Assembly (NCBI GenBank): GCA_017404505.1
Contig: JAFRCE010000018.1
Location: forward strand, 24,781-88,780
Direction of reading: 5' to 3'
Length of the DNA stretch: 64,000 nucleotides
From: Solobacterium sp.
GTDB lineage: Bacteria; Bacillota_I; Bacilli_A; Erysipelotrichales; Erysipelotrichaceae
Shown here one piece after another: positions 20,653 to 27,099 of this stretch (position 1 is the stretch's first letter; each line of letters begins with the position of its first letter). The notes below the pieces were generated by a model. That model saw only the letters and a list, made by a program, of their open reading frames with translations. It was not told the DNA's origin and did no database searches. Position numbers and translations under genes: made by a program.

Positions 20653-20668
20653 GTTAGGTTATGCTAAC
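20653..20668. promoter_or_regulatory. 16-bp palindromic operator candidate just downstream of the hydrolase-operon promoter
   Basis: GTTAGGTTATGCTAAC, 9 nt downstream of the -10 box at 20678..20683. A weaker copy GTTAAATATACCTAAC lies at 20511..20526. Confidence 0.5.
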
Positions 20669-20677
20669 TGTTTTTTT

Positions 20678-20706
20678 ATGATAACTGCCGGATCAGAATT
20701 AATCAA
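20678..20706 (-). promoter_or_regulatory. candidate sigma-A promoter of the hydrolase/CPBP operon
   Basis: Minus strand: TTGATT-17 nt-TATCAT. It gives a ~240-nt leader before ATG 20435. Confidence 0.55.
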
Positions 20707-20720
20707 TATCTTTCATACAC

Positions 20721-20746
20721 AAAAAAGTCTCCGGTATAAACCGGAG
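20721..20746 (-). terminator. Rho-independent terminator after GG peptide 2
   Basis: Minus strand: CTCCGG-TTTATA-CCGGAG followed by ACTTTTTTG. It lies 37 nt past the stop at 20783. Confidence 0.65.
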
Positions 20747-20782
20747 CTGATGAACAGACTGGATGAATAGTTAACCTTTTTA

Positions 20783-20962
20783 TTAGTTATCAAGTAATTC
20801 TATGTACTGTGCGTATTCTTCGTCTGACATATGCTTGATGGCGTATGTCCTGCTTTCCCAATGATGGCCCCACATTAAATAATCCAGGTAATCCATCGCC
20901 TCTTGATAAGTTCCGCCGGAAATGTTTTCGAGGTCATCGAGATCCAGTTTTCTGTCTGCCAA
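20783..20962 (-). CDS. 59-aa double-glycine-leader peptide precursor (GG peptide 2), TTG start
   Basis: Below the 60-aa track cutoff. My translation is (TTG)MADRKLDLDDLENISGG|TYQEAMDYLDYLMWGHHWESRTYAIKHMSDEEYAQYIELLDN*. The leader fits the consensus (I-4, L-7, D-8, L-12). The TTG lies 4 nt after the stop of the GNAT fragment, the SD is weak, and the ORF has its own terminator. Confidence 0.5.
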   Translation of the reverse strand: MADRKLDLDDLENISGGTYQEAMDYLDYLMWGHHWESRTYAIKHMSDEEYAQYIELLDN

Positions 20963-20966
20963 GCTA

Positions 20967-21215
20967 TTAGTCTTTCGCTATCGCAGGTGCATCATCCCAG
21001 TAGTCATCGACATCAAAGCCGATCATAAGAAATCCGACCGGCGTATCCTCGTCATAAATACCGAAGGGAAAAGCATATCCGTTACCGATAATCGCAGTAT
21101 AAGCCTCGATAATACTGGTATCGTTGCTTGCGACATAGCTTCTCTGGTCATCCGAAACTCTCAGTGTCAGGAGTTCCCATACATTTTTCCCGTTGGCCTT
21201 TTCTAATCTGAGCAT
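20967..21215 (-). pseudogene. GNAT acetyltransferase, N-terminal fragment only (truncated)
   Basis: 82 aa. MLRLEKANGKNVWELLTLRVSDDQRSYVASN...FLMIGFDVDDYWDDAPAIAKD* resembles the first half of ~170-aa GNAT proteins. The acetyl-CoA-binding (R/Q-x-x-G-x-G/A) half is missing. Confidence 0.55.
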
Positions 21216-21224
21216 TCTCTTTTC

Positions 21225-21557
21225 TCACTTCTTCTTTTTCACAGCCGGAAGCTCATCGTACGTTGCTTCCAGCAGGTCCCGCAGGAAATCACGGTTCTCC
21301 ACATTATCAACCAGCAACATTTCCTTTGCCCCTTCATAGGGAAGTTCCGTATCCGCGTCCGGCATCATAGTCACAGCTGACTTTGTCGGTTTCACCAGAA
21401 AACGGTCATCGTAAATGACGCCGACGATCTTGCCGCGATAGTAAATGATGTATTCTCCCATCATTACCCGGTAAGAGATTTCATCCAGTCCGGAAAGCTG
21501 CTCCAACATGAAATCCAGATATTCTTTACTCGATGCTATCTGTCTGTACCTCCTCAA
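21225..21557 (-). CDS. TfoX/Sxy N-terminal domain protein
   Basis: 110 aa. LEQLSGLDEISYRVMMGEYIIYYRGKIVGVIYDDRFLVKPT is a typical TfoX_N pattern. Confidence 0.75.
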   Translation of the reverse strand: MRRYRQIASSKEYLDFMLEQLSGLDEISYRVMMGEYIIYYRGKIVGVIYDDRFLVKPTKSAVTMMPDADTELPYEGAKEMLLVDNVENRDFLRDLLEATYDELPAVKKKK

Positions 21558-22175
21558 CTATCTGGACAGTGTCAGAATCCCAGCGCAATACGAAACCGGC
21601 TGATAAATGAGATTTGGGAATGACTGCCTCATCTCATCTATCACGAAGTATATCTCTTCGTCATCCCACTCTTCGCCTACCTCTCGCTGGCACTGTTCCA
21701 AATCTGTACGAGTCCTAAACGCGACATCCCCGATCAGAATCTTTCCATCTTCATTCAACCGTTCAAGCAGACTTTGCAGAAAGCGGACCTTCTGATCATC
21801 GGTCAGATGATGCAGCGAGTAGGTGGCCACAATAAAGTCATAGCTCCGGCTCTGCAGCGCTTCCACCAGTCCTTGTGAAAAATCACCTTGATACAGATGC
21901 GCATCCGGCATTTTTTCAGAGGCCAGTTCGATCATTCTCTTCGAAAAATCCTGCCCGTAAACTGGGCATCCGTTCTCGTATAACTTTGCCGTGAGAGTGC
22001 CTGTTCCAAAACCTATGTCCAACACTGTAGCACTCGGTTTTTCCATGATGGTACGAAATATACTTCCAAGGATTTCTTTATACCCGGCAAACGGGTATGT
22101 GTTTTCCTCATCGGATATGCCGACCGTCAAATCATAGCCGTCCGCCCATAAATCAAAGCCTTTGTTATCCAGCAT
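21558..22175 (-). CDS. class I SAM-dependent methyltransferase
   Basis: 205 aa. SAM motif I VLDIGFGTGTLT. Confidence 0.85.
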   Translation of the reverse strand: MLDNKGFDLWADGYDLTVGISDEENTYPFAGYKEILGSIFRTIMEKPSATVLDIGFGTGTLTAKLYENGCPVYGQDFSKRMIELASEKMPDAHLYQGDFSQGLVEALQSRSYDFIVATYSLHHLTDDQKVRFLQSLLERLNEDGKILIGDVAFRTRTDLEQCQREVGEEWDDEEIYFVIDEMRQSFPNLIYQPVSYCAGILTLSR

Positions 22176-22260
22176 TTTCTACTCCTGCTCCAAATAAAGC
22201 CGACAGATCAGGTTCACCGAATCAGGCGGATCTTCATCGACCAATCCCGAGTTGTCACTG

Positions 22261-22374
22261 ACATCCAAATCACAGCCACAACCCGTTGTTATCCAAATCA
22301 CTAACTCAACTCTACCGTAAAAACATCTAAACTGCTCACTCAACCCGGTGACATCTAAATGGTTTACTCAACCC
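22261..22374. repeat. four imperfect ~24-bp direct repeats (start-to-start spacing 28/34/28 bp) upstream of the methyltransferase operon
   Basis: Minus-strand units: GGGTTGAGTAAACCATTTAGATGT, GGGTTGAGTGAGCAGTTTAGATGT, GAGTTGAGTTAGTGATTTGGATAA, GGGTTGTGGCTGTGATTTGGATGT. Plus-strand starts are 22351, 22323, 22289 and 22261. Confidence 0.8.
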
Positions 22375-22522
22375 TCCGACCAAAGCAGTTGATATGTTCT
22401 GTCGGAGCTGTTTTTGCAGCCATTTTTGCTCTTCGCCGCTGACGGTCATTTGCCAGAAAAGCCCGGAAACACGGTGCTTTTGACGGTCTTATGTATCTTT
22501 CCTTGACATCAATACTACGGTC

Positions 22523-23176
22523 TCAACTGGATTTTGATTGTACTGCCTGCAAACCGAAGGCCTTTTCTACCATTTCCAGTGTTTGCTCAATGCTTCGGTT
22601 TTCATTCCTGATTATCACATGAAATCCAGAATGTAAATAGCGGTCATAGTTTTCCTGCGAATTGATCAGCATGAGCCCTTTCCGATAATTCTCCATCGCC
22701 TTCTCTGGATCAGGTTCATCCATTATCAGCCGATATAAGAACTGTTTTTCCCGATCTGGCCTTTCAAAAAAACGCCGCACAGATATTTGAGGATCCGCCA
22801 GCATGACCAGCACATGATCTTCTAGAGTAATACTTTTCAGTGTCTCTATCGAAATATTTGTATCAACAAATACTGGTCTGCCCTGGTCTTTAAGGCCATC
22901 CAGAAGCCTGAGTTCCAGTATCTCACACTCGCGAGACACGCCGTCCATCCATGCCTTGTATTCCTCTGGGGTCCTTCTAATGAAGTCATGCCAGTCCTCC
23001 AGATCACGGGTATAAGTCAGAAAAGGAAACTCTGTACTGTCAAGCCCTGGCAACAGCTGGTCATGATAGTTCTCTTCACACAGGATACCGTTATATTTCT
23101 CTGCAAGCAGTTTTACCATGGTTGATTTGCCTGCATAGGCCGTACCAGTAATAAAATACGCGTTGTCAAATCTCAT
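22523..23176 (-). CDS. P-loop NTPase/kinase-like protein (AAA_17/18-type), function unknown
   Basis: 217 aa. Walker A GTAYAGKST at residues 10-18. Visibly AT-richer than the core genes. Confidence 0.65.
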   Translation of the reverse strand: MRFDNAYFITGTAYAGKSTMVKLLAEKYNGILCEENYHDQLLPGLDSTEFPFLTYTRDLEDWHDFIRRTPEEYKAWMDGVSRECEILELRLLDGLKDQGRPVFVDTNISIETLKSITLEDHVLVMLADPQISVRRFFERPDREKQFLYRLIMDEPDPEKAMENYRKGLMLINSQENYDRYLHSGFHVIIRNENRSIEQTLEMVEKAFGLQAVQSKSS

Positions 23177-23183
23177 GTCTTAC

Positions 23184-23254
23184 TCCACATTCTTCGGCTC
23201 ATACGGCACTGAAATGAAATCCTTCTTTTGGTGGTACAAGCAGCATACCGTCTC
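23184..23254. repeat. 71-bp relic copy of the rlmD-like gene 3' end (direct repeat, copy A)
   Basis: 69/71 identical to 24153..24223. On the minus strand it reads ETVCCLYHQKKDFISVPYEPKNVE*, followed 3 nt later by the ATG of the P-loop gene. Confidence 0.9.
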
Positions 23255-23305
23255 CATGAATTATCAATACAGAAATAAATCAACAAGTGCGACTATGTTT
23301 ATACC

Positions 23306-24097
23306 TTATGCCTGCTTACGGCAGATATACAGAAGATGACTTGTAGTCCCTAATAGCTCCCGCTTTTCAGAAAAATACAAATACCATTCAGCAAAAGATT
23401 TGAAATCCTCATCCGTCATAGAAAAGTCAGAACGCTTTTCGATGGGCTCCATCAGTCCATCCACACCTGCTGTTGTTATCCATTCGACAGGCTTTTTGTG
23501 AAAAAGTTCCTCAAACTCTGTAACATCGTATCCTGTAAAGAGCTGTTCTTTAAAGTGCTTTACCTGATATTCATTTGTAAAGTTCTCTGCTTGCCCTTCA
23601 GCCCAATTTCCGTAGAGATAGTTTGCATACATGATGGCAAACACAGATAGGAAGGCAAACATAATCACACCATTGGGCTTTGTGACCCGAATTGCCTCGT
23701 CAATCGCACAGTTCACCTCGCCTGTTTCATACAGGTGATACATTGGGCCAAAGAATAGCGTTACATCAAAACTATTATCTGGAAATTGACTCAAATCTGT
23801 TGCATCCCCTTGAAATGATTTGATGTTTGCGATCTCTTTGCTGTTTTCTCTTAGGACAGCAAGATTGCTCTCAACCAGTTCAACCGCTGTTACATCCACA
23901 CCCTCACTTGCAAGGGCAATTGAGTATCTTCCCGTTCCAGCACCAACCTCAAGGATTTTAGAATCCTTGGTTGCATAGCGGTGGATGTAATTCATCGTTG
24001 TACAGAATTCCAGCTGACCGTGGCGCGATCTTGTTGTCCGCCCATCTTCGTCATACTGGCCATAAAAACTGCTAACTATTTCTTTTCTGGTACTCAT
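23306..24097 (-). CDS. class I SAM-dependent methyltransferase
   Basis: 263 aa. Motif I ILEVGAGTGRYSIAL. AT-richer than its neighbours. It lies between the two 71-bp repeat copies. Confidence 0.85.
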   Translation of the reverse strand: MSTRKEIVSSFYGQYDEDGRTTRSRHGQLEFCTTMNYIHRYATKDSKILEVGAGTGRYSIALASEGVDVTAVELVESNLAVLRENSKEIANIKSFQGDATDLSQFPDNSFDVTLFFGPMYHLYETGEVNCAIDEAIRVTKPNGVIMFAFLSVFAIMYANYLYGNWAEGQAENFTNEYQVKHFKEQLFTGYDVTEFEELFHKKPVEWITTAGVDGLMEPIEKRSDFSMTDEDFKSFAEWYLYFSEKRELLGTTSHLLYICRKQA

Positions 24098-24130
24098 ATC
24101 AGGTGCCTCTCAGATTCATGGTCCTCATGC

Positions 24131-25318
24131 TTATTTCAGTTGTTTTAGATAGTCCGCATTCTTCGGTTCATACGGCACTGAAATGAAATCCTTCTTTTGG
24201 TGGTACAAGCAGCATACCGTCTCGACGTGTTTTGTGAACGGGAACATATCGACCGGTACGATCTTCTGAATCTTATATTTACCGTTCAGGGTTTTCAGAT
24301 CATCAGCCTGGGTGACGGGATTACAGGAAACATAAACGATCTTATCCGGGGCAATGTCCGCGACGCTGCGCATGGCAGCCTCCCCCATTCCCGAACGCGG
24401 CGGATCGAGTATTACCGTATCAAAGTGTTCTCTGTTCTTTTTCAGGAACGCCGTGATGTCCGAGGCATAGAATGTCACGTTTTCAATATTGCTGTACCTG
24501 GCGTTGTTTTTCGCATCACGGATGGCCTCCGGACTGATTTCCACACCGGTCACATGCTTTGCCTGTTTCGCAGCCGCCAGGGAAATCGTGCCGATACCGC
24601 AGCAGGCATCCAGGACTGTTTCATTCTCCTTCAGATCAGCCAGCTGCAACGCTGTCTGATACAGTACTTCCGTCTGTTTCGGGTTGACCTGATAAAAAGA
24701 ACGTGAAGAGATCCGGTAGGAAATGCCGTTGATCTGATCCGTGATGTATCCCTTCCCGAAAAGGACCTTGTCACGGCGGCCGAGGATCATTGATGTCTTT
24801 TCATGATTGTAATTCAGAACGATGGTGCGGATCTGTGGATGGGCTTTGGTCAGAACCTGAACGAAATGTTTGGAACCGGGCAGCTCTCGGGAGCCGATGA
24901 CAATGACCAGAAGAACTTCCCCGTTCAGTGAAGAAACCCGGATATAGGCATGCCGCAGAATACCGATGCCGCTGTCTTCGTGATAAGCGGATAGTTTCAT
25001 TTTGTCGGCTGTCTCACAGATTGTTTTCAGGATCTGATTTGCTGTGACATGCTGTATCAGACAGGCTGAAGAATCGATATGCCGGTGGCTGTTTTCTTCA
25101 TAGAGACCGGCGTGGATATGATGGTATCTGTCCTGATAAAAGCTCGCATATACTTTATGACGATAATGGTACGGATCTCTCATGCCTTTCACTTCCGAAA
25201 CGTTCTGCTTCGGAAAAAGCCCGGCGACATAGTCATGCTTGATCTTCAGCTGTTCGGCATATTCTGTCTTCAGATAACTGCAGGCACCGCATTTTCCCGC
25301 AACCGCGCACTTTTTCAT
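24131..25318 (-). CDS. 23S rRNA (uracil-C5)-methyltransferase, RlmD/RumA family
   Basis: 395 aa. N-terminal Cys cluster CAVAGKCGACSYL, SAM motif VLDACCGIGTISL, and C-terminal DPPRSG...SCNP motifs. Confidence 0.85.
   Translation of the reverse strand: MKKCAVAGKCGACSYLKTEYAEQLKIKHDYVAGLFPKQNVSEVKGMRDPYHYRHKVYASFYQDRYHHIHAGLYEENSHRHIDSSACLIQHVTANQILKTICETADKMKLSAYHEDSGIGILRHAYIRVSSLNGEVLLVIVIGSRELPGSKHFVQVLTKAHPQIRTIVLNYNHEKTSMILGRRDKVLFGKGYITDQINGISYRISSRSFYQVNPKQTEVLYQTALQLADLKENETVLDACCGIGTISLAAAKQAKHVTGVEISPEAIRDAKNNARYSNIENVTFYASDITAFLKKNREHFDTVILDPPRSGMGEAAMRSVADIAPDKIVYVSCNPVTQADDLKTLNGKYKIQKIVPVDMFPFTKHVETVCCLYHQKKDFISVPYEPKNADYLKQLK
24153..24223. repeat. 71-bp direct repeat, copy B (inside the 3' end of the rlmD-like CDS)
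   Basis: See copy A. Here it encodes ...ETVCCLYHQKKDFISVPYEPKNADYLKQLK*. Confidence 0.9.
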
Positions 25319-25947
25319 AGTTTCACTTCCCTCAATGTATGCACCACGTTCGGTGTCTTCTTCCGCAGCACATCATAACTCTGATGGCCGCAGGCGATCA
25401 GCGTGAAATTCTGAATACCGAGAGCAAGCGCTGTTTCCATATCATGCAGGGTATCGCCGATATAGCGGCAGTCATCGGGATGGACGTCAGCCGTTTCCAT
25501 CCACCGCAGTGCCATATCGATCTTCGAGCCGCCGAGATTGTTGTCAATACCGAGGATCTCGTCGAAAAGATGGTCGATGCCCAGTCTGCGGCACTGCTCC
25601 TCCAGGAAATCCTCATGGGTCGCAGAAAGAATGACGTTCTCATAGCCGGCCTGTTTCGCTTCCTGAATGAGTTCTTCAAATCCATCCATCAGTTTCAGTG
25701 TGTCAAAACCGGCATTGTACATATCGTTGAACTCCACCGAGATATCCGCATAGCTTTCTTCTTCGAAGGTATAGCCGATCTTATAGTAATAATCGATGAC
25801 CGGAAAGCAGAAATCACGGCGGTACTGCTCATAGGTGGAGATGAAATCCATGTTTCTTTCCCGCAGCATCGTGTTCTCAATTTCAATACAGTAATCGACA
25901 TCATCGATGATGGTGCCGTTAAAATCCCATATCAGTACTTTTTTCAT
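25315..25947 (-). CDS. HAD-superfamily hydrolase (phosphoglycolate phosphatase-like)
   Basis: The track ORF runs to 26061 and would overlap the upstream gene. ATG 25947 gives MKKVLIWDFNGTIIDD (HAD motif I). YIGDTLHD is motif IV-like. Confidence 0.8.
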   Translation of the reverse strand: MKKVLIWDFNGTIIDDVDYCIEIENTMLRERNMDFISTYEQYRRDFCFPVIDYYYKIGYTFEEESYADISVEFNDMYNAGFDTLKLMDGFEELIQEAKQAGYENVILSATHEDFLEEQCRRLGIDHLFDEILGIDNNLGGSKIDMALRWMETADVHPDDCRYIGDTLHDMETALALGIQNFTLIACGHQSYDVLRKKTPNVVHTLREVKL

Positions 25948-25999
25948 AATCACCATTCTACATGAAAAAGACCATTCTTTCGAATGATCTTGTTTCACT

Positions 26000-27085
26000 T
26001 TATTCGACCCTGGCGCCGCATTTCGGACAGAATGATTCGTCGCCGTGCAGCTGTTCGCCACATTGCGGACAGACTTTCTTCACCGGTTTCAGGGACGCGC
26101 CGCATTTCATACAGAAAGCAGAACCTTCCCGGTTTTTCGTGCCGCATTTCGGACAGACAAGACTGTCCGCTTCCTTTTCTTCTTTCTTACTGTTCTTTGG
26201 ATCAAGGCTCTTGAAGAAGTTATCGATATCGAAGAGTGTTCTCTGAACCGGATCGTCCTGCGGTTCTTCCTTCGGCACATAGGTGCCGGCCATGATCTCG
26301 CTGAACTGTTCGGTCTTTGTCCATTCGAAGCATTCCAGCGCCCTTAAGGCAGCAAACGGATGGCTGGCATTCATCAGCATCAGCCCTTCCATCGATTTGG
26401 AAGCACCGTTTTCCTCGACGATCTTCTTATATTCTTTCGCCTGCTGCAGGAAAGCGTCCATGTTCATCTCACCGGCGATCTTCTGATCGAAGCCGGCCAG
26501 CCGCAGACAGACTTCCGCCATCTTGTCACCGGAGCCATCGCACAGGACAGCCGCCCGGTCAGCCGAGAATTCACTGCAGCGCATCCAGTGGTAGTAAGCC
26601 ATCTGCAGAGGCAGTGTGAAGATCGGTCCGAGCGGGACTGCTCTCAGCGTGCCGCTGAGAGTGCCGAAGAGAATCGTACCCATGGTTCTGTACAGGACAT
26701 GGTGGCAGGCAATATGACCGCATTCATGAGCGAGAACCGTCGGAATCAGTTCTTCCGGCAGGATTTCCAGAAGTCCGGAAGTAATGACGATATGCGGATC
26801 GTTTTCACCGGCCGTGAAGGCGTTTGGTCTCACATCCATCATCAGATACAGTTCCGGTACGGCAATGCCGAGCTTTTCGCAGATCGGCTTCAGCATTTCC
26901 TTATACCTCGGCAGCTGGTCTTCACCCAGTCTCACATAGGAAGACAGGCAGCGCAGCTGGATCTGCTTTTCACTCCACTCCTTCATGAATGTCTTCATCA
27001 GTGTGGTGAAGCCCGGGATGGCCTTCAGTGCCTGCAGTGCGGCCTTATCGTCCGGATGAACGTAATGATTGCTGTTAAATGACAT
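26000..27085 (-). CDS. M48 family metallopeptidase with C-terminal double zinc ribbon
   Basis: 361 aa. HECGHIACHH (HExxH). The C-terminus is CPKCGTKNREGSAFCMKCG...CPQCGEQLHGDESFCPKCG. Confidence 0.85.
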   Translation of the reverse strand: MSFNSNHYVHPDDKAALQALKAIPGFTTLMKTFMKEWSEKQIQLRCLSSYVRLGEDQLPRYKEMLKPICEKLGIAVPELYLMMDVRPNAFTAGENDPHIVITSGLLEILPEELIPTVLAHECGHIACHHVLYRTMGTILFGTLSGTLRAVPLGPIFTLPLQMAYYHWMRCSEFSADRAAVLCDGSGDKMAEVCLRLAGFDQKIAGEMNMDAFLQQAKEYKKIVEENGASKSMEGLMLMNASHPFAALRALECFEWTKTEQFSEIMAGTYVPKEEPQDDPVQRTLFDIDNFFKSLDPKNSKKEEKEADSLVCPKCGTKNREGSAFCMKCGASLKPVKKVCPQCGEQLHGDESFCPKCGARVE

Positions 27086-27099
27086 GATAGATCTCCTTA

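Noticed and set aside
20543-20770. A 75-aa plus-strand ORF in the gap between the hydrolase operon and GG peptide 2
   Set aside because: It has no SD and is antisense to the predicted promoter, operator and leader. It also runs through the minus-strand terminator. Its composition is not protein-like.
22261-22374. Possible CRISPR array
   Set aside because: There are only four degenerate 24-bp units separated by 4-10 bp, with no spacer-length intervals and no cas genes in the window.
22336-22449. A 37-aa minus-strand ORF (MTVSGEEQKWLQKQLRQNISTALVGGLSKPFRCHRVE) containing a GG
   Set aside because: The residues before the GG do not fit the leader consensus (there is no E/D at -8 and no hydrophobic residue at -7). 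The would-be core is 11 aa and runs into the repeat array, and there is no SD.
23254-24121. An 8-bp inverted repeat (CCATGAAT at 23254..23261 and ATTCATGG at 24114..24121) flanking the inserted methyltransferase gene, as possible element ends
   Set aside because: An 8-bp match in AT-rich flanks can easily arise by chance. There is no transposase and no target-site duplication pattern beyond the 71-bp repeat.
25948-26061. N-terminal extensions of track ORFs: 25315..26061; 58876..60132 with 86 extra codons; also 9820..9843, 10628..10657, 17133..17174, 44368..44400, 50834..50848, 52672..52710 and 61715..61765.
   Set aside because: The extensions overlap upstream genes, lack SD sequences and have odd composition. 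Internal ATGs with good SDs yield canonical N-termini.
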